This document shows, in pieces, positions 12,724 through 21,901 of a DNA stretch of 64,000 nt. The translations under genes and the position numbers were made by a program. The stretch spans positions 19,295,237 to 19,359,236 of the forward strand of contig NC_092672.1 of assembly GCF_964355755.1 (NCBI RefSeq), in the 5' to 3' direction. This stretch comes from Antedon mediterranea (taxonomy: Eukaryota > Animalia > Echinodermata). How positions within the stretch are numbered: the stretch's first letter is position 1; the number at the start of each line of letters is the position of its first letter. Below the pieces are notes generated by a model. The model was not told where the DNA came from. It saw nothing but the letters and a program-made list of their open reading frames with translations, and made no database searches.

Positions 12724-13933
12724 AAAGCTCGGAAATCTTTTTTTTTTGGTGGGGAGGCGGGTGCCTTGATTGCCAGCTGGCATTCTTAACGTGATCGGGT
12801 TGATTGCGAGGTATTTCGTCCTCTGCTGAAACTATTAACTTATTGTACTTACGGTGCATTTGTTAGTTTATTGAAGTTGGTATATTTATTGAAGATTACA
12901 ACATACCGGTAAAGTTAATCACGCATTATTGTGGCATTTGGATACTTGCTGATTAGCGTATCGACGGGGTAGTCGATGCGTACCGGGAGTTGTATTTATT
13001 TTGCTATAGTTGAAGGATTAGTGGGCAGTTTACTAGGCCGTATCACCTGGTGGGATACTAGGCGTGGCCGTTGAACTGAGTGGCACCACTAATTTTAAAT
13101 TTGATTGTTTTTTATTGATAACATCTTTTTCGTCCGTCAGTCAGGTTTTTCATCTTGAGAAATTATATTGGCTGTGCGTATTATTGTGTTAACCTCACGG
13201 TGGCATTATCGCTCTCCTTTCTTTGCATCGGGGGAAGGTTTAGTGGTAAGTGTTGTTAAACTGTATTGATGTCTTTTTGAATAATCTAGTTGTTTCTCAT
13301 TGTAGGTTTGCTGGTGAAATATTTTATTATATTTGCATCTCCAACAACCATTTTGCAATATTGTGTGTGTGTTACTGCATTGACGATATTTTATTCTATT
13401 GTTGGGCCTGTAATTTTTATTACGTCTGGCGGTATTTTAATTTGTATCGTACTCTTTGCTTGATAACATCTGTTATCTCACACTGCAGCTAGTTTTACCA
13501 TACTGAAGATCGTAAAGTGTTACTACAACTTTTATTCCGTGCCAGTCTGTTTTCTTCTGGAAAGCTTGAAGACTGTTCACGTGATTTGTGACTTCAACTT
13601 CACACGCTGATTTTCACTGCCTTTCTGTGGAGGGGAGTGGTTTGGTGATCAGTGTTCGTTGAGCATTACCAAGATCTGGATTTGAAGTATCGTCATCATT
13701 TGAATGCTGTGCAATTGGTGAATGTATCACAAATGTTTTAATAGTTTTATGCCCATTTTAATATTCCAGGCATTGGTATTTTATGGCATTTTACATTCCT
13801 AGTTTATACACAGTATTCATCTTAAACCGGACAATTACCAGTGGCACAACATACCTTTAGATACATTTTAATGAAAGTCTTTGACCTCTGGCAATACTTT
13901 TATACTTTTTAAGTGTATCGTATGTTTTAAAGG

Positions 13934-16387
13934 ATGCCTCATGTTGCAATAAATTTCTGGACAGAGCCAGATCTTGTCCATCTACTAGGAAAGAGAGCTA
14001 GGAAAATTACTGATTGGAGGTCCAGATTTGGAAATATTAGAGCCTGTGACTTAGAATATTTAACTTGAATCAAGTGCTCGTCATCCAAAACGACTCACTG
14101 GGATTTCACACCGAATCCTCAATTAGTGAGTAGTTGAGTTCAGAACACTAGCACTCCTCAGCTGTTCCATGCAGCACAAGTTCCATTTGGAACTTATTCT
14201 GGTGATTTACCTGGTGGTAGTTTCTCATGGAGACACACCAGTACCAACCAACCTAGTTCTGACCACAGAGAAAAGACAGATTCAGGTTGTAGGAATACTC
14301 ACTATAGGTATGCAACCAAAGCAGAATGTCGACCAATATCTGAACTGTTAGCTTTAGACTCTAGTCTTAGTGTACGGGGTCACCATTGCACTAAAGGTAG
14401 TAAAACCTCAAAAACTAGATCTGTGTCTAAGCTTTGTAGATTACTGACAGAGGATTGTTTCAGTGACTCTTCTAGTAGCTCTAGTCTTATGGACTCCAGC
14501 TCTAGTAATGATGAGAGTTGTACAAGTGACGAAGATAGTGATCAGGATAGGGCTTATGGTAAATATTCTACGAGTGTTCAATCTAGAAGACGACACTCGC
14601 ATAGGCATTCCCAACGATCACAAAAACTATTGAGACAAAAAGACATTCCCAAGTCTCTAACTTTTAATGGCTGGGATGATGACTGGTATCCTTTTAAGAA
14701 ACGATTCAGATCTTTCGCAAAGGCGCAGAACCTTACCACCGGGGATAGTAAAAATGCCCTTTTTTGGTGTATGGAGGGACCTGCGGCGAAGTTCTTAACC
14801 AATCTTTTAAGGATGGAGCCAACATTAGACTTCAAAGAGATGATGGATGTCCTCAGTGTACGTTTCGGAGACGGTGAGCGGTCTCTAAAACAGGAACGAC
14901 ACGAAACTATAGAAAAATGGGGACGTAGAGTCATGACTGTAACCGAGAAAGCCTGTAGTGATCTACCTAGATCTAGAGTGCAGGAGCTACAGATGGAATG
15001 GTTCTGCATGGGGTGTCACGACAAGGAGGCTGGTGAGTATGTTTCACGGAAACATTGTGCTACTATCACCGAAGCTCTTGAAAAATATAGGAGGTTTGAC
15101 TGTCGCCGCAAAGGGTTGTACAGAGAGCATGGGAGAAAAGTCAGAAATGATTTAATGCCCCGTACTAGGTCTATGACTTATACTCTCTGTAGCTCAACCC
15201 ATCATCACATATCCTCACACGAAGATGAAGCCGAAAACCATTATCAAGCTTCTGAAATCTGGAGTAGGCCGAAAGCGGAGTCATCAATTGGAGAAGAGGA
15301 CGTGCCCAATGGGAAATCTCTTACCATGATGAAGGCTGCAGGGCGGCAAGGTAAAAACAGACTTCCTGGCACATCCGATGAACTCCAACTTTTGGCATCT
15401 TACTCTTCACCAACATCGGACATGCTTCCTGTAGCAGACCCATGTATTATCATGGAACAACTAGAGACCACAAAACGAGGGTGCATTTTACCCACTGGTG
15501 AAATGCCTAACCCTGTCACACCAACAAGTGAATTGACAAGAAAGAAGAAAAGCCAGGAATCAGTGTCAAAATCTGCCCGTGCTAATCTGGATTTCCCAGT
15601 GGTTGACTCATGGTCGGCTAGCATTTCGGGTCAGGAAAAGACACATACAGCACACACCACAGCTCTTGACTTCACAGTGGTTGAATCATGTTTAGCCACC
15701 CTTGTTGAAGACCTAGAAGAGAGGATTAAGGTACCAGTGCCTGATTTCCAAGTGTTTAATCCAGGGGAGAGGCCAGGAAAAACTAAACCTGATGGTACCA
15801 GAGAACCACGTAGACGACGGCAACTACCCACCATTCCGGTAGAGTGGCCTGAACCAACATGGAGTCCACAAACTCCAGAACAACACAGACGATGGCCGCA
15901 ACTACCTACCAATCTGGTAGATAAGCCTGAACTACCTCGACGAAGACGGAAATTACCTACCGTTCCGAAAGAAAGACAAACTGTGATATCCGCTCTTCCT
16001 GTTGCTGATATCCGATCTGCCAGTATTGGAGTCTGTAACACTCCAGTGACTTTGGTCACAACTGGATCTGATCGGACTAGTTGTAAACAGGCTGCGAAAG
16101 ATGTGGGGTCGACTACAGTGGAGGTTACTACCGTATCGACAGACCAACCCCAGGTTAGAATGGTAACTGAAGTACCCCCTGAACACAAGGTAAGTATGCT
16201 TTGTCTTTCAGGTACAGAGTTTACGGTGACATCTTCCTTTCCTATCAGAAAGCAAGCCCGTAGCTCTCAACGGTTACACTCTTGGCTACTCACCCCGACT
16301 AGACCTGGGGTTCTACACAGCAGGGCTGAGAGAGTAGACCCCAAGCTACCTGGGACGATTCCGTGGGATCCAGGAGGTGAAACTTAA
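13934..16387 (+). pseudogene. Gag-like ORF with N-terminal HhH-like motif; two in-frame TGA (14066, 14135)
   Basis: ATG 13934 is in frame with ORF 14423-16387. The N-terminus VAINFWTEPDLVHLLGKRARKITDWRSRFGNI resembles ComEA-type HhH. The capsid-like core reads IPKSLTFNG..WYPFKKRF..LFWCMEGPAAKF. Confidence 0.75.
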
Positions 16388-16920
16388 TGGATGCTGTCAC
16401 TTCTGACTGCGCTTTCTGAGTGTAGTCTACAAGAATGTTGACGGGATCAAACTGGAATTGTGCCCATGACGACGGAGCAGTTGAGTTGACTCGTTTCTAC
16501 TGGAAACCTCAACTTAGCTCACATCAATATCAACCTGCCAAATGGTTGCATTACTTTTGCTCGTGGCAATGTGATGTACATTTGTTGAACTCAGGTTGAT
16601 CTTGGAAGTTGCTGCAGATGGTAAGTATAGTGATGCGGGAGCTGATATCTGTACATCAGTATGCCTCCTGAGCTTCACACTTACCATAATGATGTAGAAG
16701 AAGACGTACAGAACCCACATTTCAGGGAGTTTCCCCGGTGTATTCAAGCTAGTGTGAGAAAGGTGGAATGCTTCCCTTTTAGAATGGGGAGGTGTGTTGT
16801 GAAAGGGGTCTCACGCTTGAATATCCTGTCACGTTTGCTCATTTGCATGTAAATCAGCTGGTTGAAATGCAGGGTTGACCCCACCAGGATAGGCTGGTTA
16901 ATAGTTCTTGTTTTTTTCAG

Positions 16921-17181
16921 GTGCAGCTGAGAAATAAGACGGTGGTTTTAAATCATGACAAGCTGGCTGATTTTAATTTACCTCCTCTTTCTTCACCTAC
17001 AGATCCGGATGCAGGACCGTTGTATTGTCTATGTCGCCAGCCCTGGGCCGGCTCGTTTATGATACAATTTGACTATTGCGAGGTGTGGTACCACGGTGCA
17101 TGTGTGAATATTGCACTATCTGAGGCCCGGGACATTGACTTATATCGATGTGCGGACTGCAAGTCCTCAGTTAACAATTAA
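16921..17181 (+). CDS. Integrase C-tail remnant + PHD finger
   Basis: VVLNHDKL (cf. Gypsy IN tail VVHHDRLK), then YCLCRQP..MIQFDYCEVWYHGACV..YRCADC (C4HC3, third Cys>Phe); preceded by tttttttcag. Confidence 0.8.
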   Translation: MQLRNKTVVLNHDKLADFNLPPLSSPTDPDAGPLYCLCRQPWAGSFMIQFDYCEVWYHGACVNIALSEARDIDLYRCADCKSSVNN

Positions 17182-17214
17182 GTACTCACGTTTACCTTCT
17201 CTTCTTCCTCAGAT

Positions 17215-18666
17215 ATGGATCAGTTACCGTTTGCTGACGGAAGTGATACGGAGATTTCCGAGATGGAGGAGGATGTGCTCTTGGCTAGTCCGGGGGTACA
17301 GGAAGAAGAGGCAGCGGCTGGGGATACGAGAGGGGCTTGCCCGGTGGCGAGCACCCCAGCCGAGCGGAAACTAAAATGCCATCTGGGATGTGGTCCAGTG
17401 AGCAACATACGGGTCCACGTCACGAAGACGCATGCCCCGGCATGTTTCCGGCCACTGGAACGGAGTTCTTGGCGGAGGGCACGAGTGCAGTGGCGGGCAC
17501 TCACCAGTTTGGCAGCGGAGGGCCTTGGTAAAGGCAGAACACCAGAGGACCTAAGATGTCTCCTGAACGCCCAGCACCTTATGGGGGATGGCACTGATGT
17601 CCTACCTCCGGATAGGAAAACTCGTAGTGCCATCCTTATGCTGACACGGGTGATTGGGGGAAAGAGGCCCCCGCCTCTCACGATAGCTCCGGTTATCAGT
17701 CACCCGTCGGCTCTCATACACTGGCGCTGTGTGATCGCTCTCATCGCCTCTTTTGGTGAGGAGTTGGTGAAGGAGTGTGGTCGTCGGGCTGAGGAGGAGG
17801 AGCCGGCAGTGGACCAGATCGCCAAAAAGTCGACAAAGAGAAGGGCGGCAGAGGAAGAACATGGAGAGCGACCGACCAAGCGCGATGCCCCGGCACCGAA
17901 GGATGGTAGATCAGTGGCGGCGCCACCGATTGTGCGGGGTACATCGGCTTCGCTTGGTTCGGCACCCAAAGTGTTCGATGCTTGTTTTCACCTGGACCGG
18001 TTGCAGAGGGACCTGCAGCTTTCCAGACGAGCGGACCTCTGGGACGTGGAGCGAGCGGTGCGGGTGAGGAGTGGAACACAGCCTGTGGAAGTGGTAGGCG
18101 GGATTGCCCTGTTTGGCGATCCAACCACTTACCCCACTGAACGGGAGATTGGTGGACTGGCGAGGAACGGCTGTGCGGTGGGCTTGGGAGTGGCTCCTGG
18201 CTACTCGCCGACAACGGTCCAATTCGATAGGCTCCTGGCCTTAGCCCGAACTCGAGATGTTCGAGTAATCGGGAGAGTGGGATTGGACCATTCGGCCCCG
18301 CCTACAGATTGGCCGAGACAAGATCTGCTGCTAAAGAGGGTGTTGGGTCGTTGCTTGGACGGCCGCCACCACCGCATCCTGTGTCTTGAAGTCTCTGGAG
18401 TTCAAGGCGATGTCACTGGGGAGGAGTGCCACTATCGCGTCTTGGACATCTTGCGTCTAAGTCGTGTGTCAAAGGAACAGCGTCTGCTTCTGGCAGACTA
18501 CGCTTCCACGGAAGCCGTAGCCACCGCCTACAGGGGGTATGCAAATGTTAACGTGGGACCTCGACGCCGCCCGAGCTGGTCTATTCGAAGCAGGAACCAA
18601 GGAGAAACGGACGCAACCGGAATTGACCAATATATTTGGATTTACTGCTTACGGATACTTGTGTGA
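17215..18666 (+). CDS. Zn-finger-like + TatD-like (amidohydrolase-fold) protein, C-terminus fused into the LTR
   Basis: 483-aa GC-rich ORF with C-x3-C-x8-H-x4-H, then VFDACFHLDRL, GLGVAP, VIGRVGLDHS and QDLLLKRVL in TatD motif order (DxHxHLD, GxHP, IGExGLD, QxxxF). Confidence 0.75.
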   Translation: MDQLPFADGSDTEISEMEEDVLLASPGVQEEEAAAGDTRGACPVASTPAERKLKCHLGCGPVSNIRVHVTKTHAPACFRPLERSSWRRARVQWRALTSLAAEGLGKGRTPEDLRCLLNAQHLMGDGTDVLPPDRKTRSAILMLTRVIGGKRPPPLTIAPVISHPSALIHWRCVIALIASFGEELVKECGRRAEEEEPAVDQIAKKSTKRRAAEEEHGERPTKRDAPAPKDGRSVAAPPIVRGTSASLGSAPKVFDACFHLDRLQRDLQLSRRADLWDVERAVRVRSGTQPVEVVGGIALFGDPTTYPTEREIGGLARNGCAVGLGVAPGYSPTTVQFDRLLALARTRDVRVIGRVGLDHSAPPTDWPRQDLLLKRVLGRCLDGRHHRILCLEVSGVQGDVTGEECHYRVLDILRLSRVSKEQRLLLADYASTEAVATAYRGYANVNVGPRRRPSWSIRSRNQGETDATGIDQYIWIYCLRILV

Positions 18667-18747
18667 TTTAGGACAGGCGGGACTGTTAAAGTAAGCCTAG
18701 TAGCTTTCATTATCAGGCCATTTCAGCACCGACCTAAAATCACAACA
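18529..18747 (+). repeat. 3' LTR of nested element, 5'-truncated by ~79 bp
   Basis: Matches the 5' LTR from tacagggg onward, with 2 substitutions and a G-run difference; no PPT. Confidence 0.9.
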
Positions 18748-19300
18748 GTGTCCTTGTTTTCTGAAATTCTGTAGCATCACGACTTGCTGTTTCCATAGCT
18801 ACAGCGGTTTTAATTGCATCATCTAATTTAAGGTCATGAACCGCCAGTAAACGTTTCTGAATGTTCTCTTGACGCAACCCGCAGACGAAAATGTCTCGCA
18901 GTGTCGAGGTCAAAGTGTTTCCGAAATTGCAATGAATGGCTAACCTTCGTAGTTCAGCAATGTATGAAGCAATGCTTTCCCCGCTATGCTGTTCTCTTTT
19001 GTAGAACCGAAATCGTTCAGCGATTTCCGATGGCTTTGGGCAAAGATGTGTCGTGAGCTTTGTAATTAAATCTGCGTAAGACAGTGTCGCTGGTTTCTCC
19101 GGTGAACACAAATTCTTTAGTAGCGTGTACGTTTTCGGTCCGATGAGTGCAAGCAATGCCGGTACCTTCCGATCATCATCGACCTTGTTGGCTACAAAAT
19201 ATTGATCTAACCGTTCGGTATACGAATCCCAAGCTTCTAAAGATGAATCAAATTCTTCAACCTTTCCTATTATAACTGCCATGCTCATTCTCGTCGCCAA
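18748..19300 (-). pseudogene. Gypsy gag N-terminal part
   Basis: IGKVEEFD..WDSYTERLDQYFVAN..IAERFRFYKREQ..LRDIFVCGL, a Mag-type gag. Confidence 0.93.
19290..19299 (-). promoter_or_regulatory. PBS TGGCGACGAG (tRNA-Ser-like, typical of Mag-group Gypsy)
   Basis: Lies 7 nt inside the 5' LTR. Confidence 0.85.
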
Positions 19301-19306
19301 AATTTA

Positions 19307-19435
19307 TGTTGTATATAATAAATTATAATGCAAAGTAAGAGCTCTAAACACAGCGTGTACAACTCAACATTTATTCAGAGGAGAGAGAACAATTATGGCA
19401 CGCCAAAGGCGTCGTTACAACATGCATATATAACA
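19307..19435 (-). repeat. 5' LTR of outer Gypsy
   Basis: Pairs with 7838-7966; followed by TSD CTCAC (19436-19440). Confidence 0.95.
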
Positions 19436-19949
19436 CTCACTATGGCCTAGCTAGCTGAGATTTAGGTACCTGTCTTTCTTACTGTAACAGCAGTCTATCA
19501 CAGCTTTTCCGACTGGCGAGGTATTCAAGACTTGATAATTTTAAGATTGAATGCCTACAACTGAAGCAATAGGCCTAAATCTGTTTAATATCTTGGTAGC
19601 AAAAATAATGACATTGTGTACTGCAATTGTTTTGAAGTAATTAACCACTGAATGTACGTTTTATGGTAATATGATAAAAAGAAAAAAAACAATGCACTAC
19701 TAAATTTATTAGAATCGATTATTTTTCACATTTTTAACCATTTAAAGCCAAAACAAGTTATCGCAATAGGATAAGATGAATGTAATTTGTGACCTTCTTA
19801 AATTAAATCTAAAAAACGTAGGGAATGGGACTTTAGACAGACTTCCCCATGATTGTATACTCCTTGAGTGGTGGTAAATATGCAACAGTATTCATAAAAT
19901 GGTTTTGCAAAATGAGGACCAGTGAAAATACCACTACACCATGACGTCA

Positions 19950-21880
19950 TTTATATTAACTAAAAAGATTACTAAAAGTATTACAGTTACCTCTGACTTA
20001 ATTAAAGTCTTCAGTCCATGTTGATCAGATTTTTGTAGATTTTTTATTTTGGTATGACCCACTATACGACAAGATTACATGGTTTTGTAAATATTTTGTT
20101 CTCTAATTTTTTTAGTTCCACAATTTTTCCAGTCATCTTAATTTTGTAAAGCTCGGTTTAATACCTTTAGCAGAGCATCATTTTTTACATTTGTTTCTTG
20201 AAGGTATTTGTATCATGAACACATTCTCTACATTACCAAACTGTTCCAAGCCAAACACACACCATTTAACAAACGACTGACACATAAAATATATGAGCGT
20301 AGTCAGCCTAGACGAGTACTAAGTCTTACCATTTGCCTCTTTTTTCATTTAAGGTAAAGATTAATAAGATAATAAATTAGTAACTTCTATCATAATTAAT
20401 TATGGAAAACTACAGGGATATTGTAAATTAGAAATGTGAAGTATGAATATATCCACTGTGATGTAACACATACACATCTATCAGGCACACACTGCAGAAT
20501 AAGAGTAATTTTCAGAATAATCATAGTAATTAATAGGTCTTGATAGTAGAGTAGAGAGAGGCCATTGCCCCTGTATCCGCCCTCTGTTGATCTTGCATTT
20601 GCCCGCATCATGGTTTTTCAAGATTAAACAAACCTTTAAAAATTCAGTTCAACCTTATTTTAACAATAGTCAATCTTTCAATTCATGACATTTTCTCATC
20701 ACAACTCAAACATTCATTATTTGCATACTAATAAATTGCATTAGTGCCAAGCCATAATAACATTAATTTCCATAGACAGCTGCCAATACTGTAAACTATT
20801 TTATTTTGCAGGTTCATAACTGGGCAGCAGTGCCTCTTGTGGTTGTTGCCTTACCACAAAGGCAGAAATAGCAAAGCATTGAAGAAGACTGCTCATAAAA
20901 ATGCGTCAACCAGGAAATGTCAGAACATAGTACGGTATGTTTTTGCTATATATAGGCCTACAGTATAGCAACGATTTTCTATTGAAACTGGGTTTAATGA
21001 TACTTGTATGAATCGTATTATGTCTATTGAGTTTCCATATACTACACTTGACAACTTCTTGTTTTTTTTTATTATAATTTCCAAAAAGAAATTATGTATA
21101 GGATTTTTATAGATTAATTGTAAGAATTCTAAAGTGAAATTCAATAGAATACTTGTGTATTGTGCTTCTATATTTATAAGTGCACAGACCGTGGACACGT
21201 TTTTGTGATATCAAAGTCAGGTACTATTCATTGTGAATAGTATACAAATAATGAATGTTTATGAGTGCAATGGTACAAATAATGGCACGAGGTGAATGAT
21301 GAAAGGTTATATCAACGAGGCAAAGCCGAGTTGATATAACCTTTCATCATTCACCAAGTGCCATTATTTGTACCATTACACGAATACAAAATATTCATTA
21401 TTTGTTTTATATAACATCTAGACGTTTTTTTTTCGTACACAAAAATGTTTCAAAAAGTACTATTTAACGATCGTTGAATAGTGCGTACTATTGCACGCCA
21501 TGTGACCCACATTCGTCCAATCAAATGACAGGAATTTATATAGGTGTTATATAATATATAATAGAAAGATACTTTAACGAGTAGACAGTTGGTGCTATGA
21601 ATTGATTGAATTCAGACAACTAGAAAGTCAGTCCAGTTATTGTGAATTACCAGATTGTTCCAGTTTAGCCAATAATATGTAAGTTTGCAATGTAGATGTT
21701 AAGTAAGTACAGTAAGAAATACAGTATATTGCTGGTTTTATAGATACATTTTATAAATTTTATTTTATTATTTTATAATTTTGATTATTAAGAGTAAGAG
21801 TTTTAAGGAAGAAGGAAGCTGAAATAAGCTGGTTGAGAATTGAAATGTTTGGATACAAGAGAAGAAAATTAAATGGGTTG
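19950..21880 (-). pseudogene. Degenerate paralog A of a local duplicated family, possibly an LRR/TLR-like relic
   Basis: 20361-21880 aligns by eye with 55844-57706. Minus-strand fragments LLWLGTN, CLSCDEKMS*, hydrophobic LLITMIILKITLIL and QSFVKWCVFGLE occur in LRR-LRRCT-TM-TIR-like order. Confidence 0.35.
21241..21555. mobile_element. Hairpin (palindromic) non-autonomous insertion
   Basis: ~75-bp arms around gaggc-aaa-gccgag (21245-21403); absent from the paralog near 57388. Confidence 0.75.
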
Positions 21881-21901
21881 ACAGGATATGTCTATGTTTA
21901 A

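Larger units (their letters stand above)
12412..18747 (+). mobile_element. Nested pol-less LTR retrotransposon (Gypsy-type) with HhH-Gag, PHD and TatD-like ORFs
   Basis: Ends TGTTGTGA...TCACAACA, 4-bp TSD GTGT (12408-12411/18748-18751), PBS TGGCGCTGCGAGC. Removing it restores the host gag frame (FQKTRT|PNTTGE). Confidence 0.93.
7838..19435 (-). mobile_element. Ty3/Gypsy (Mag-like) LTR retrotransposon, full length but disrupted by two nested insertions and two frameshifts
   Basis: 129-bp LTRs TG..CA at 7838-7966 and 19307-19435 (one mismatch), 5-bp TSD CTCAC, PBS TGGCGACGAG, PPT, and gag-PR-RT-RH-IN order. Confidence 0.97.

Noticed and set aside
14578-18222. Antisense and alternate-frame ORFs overlapping gag and TatD
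   Set aside because: Shadow ORFs of GC-rich coding sequence with no recognisable motifs.
17215-18666. Bacterial contamination or recent HGT of tatD (GC-rich island)
   Set aside because: It lies inside LTRs with a TSD, has a spliceosomal acceptor, and has no operon or RBS context. The ultimate origin needs a phylogeny.
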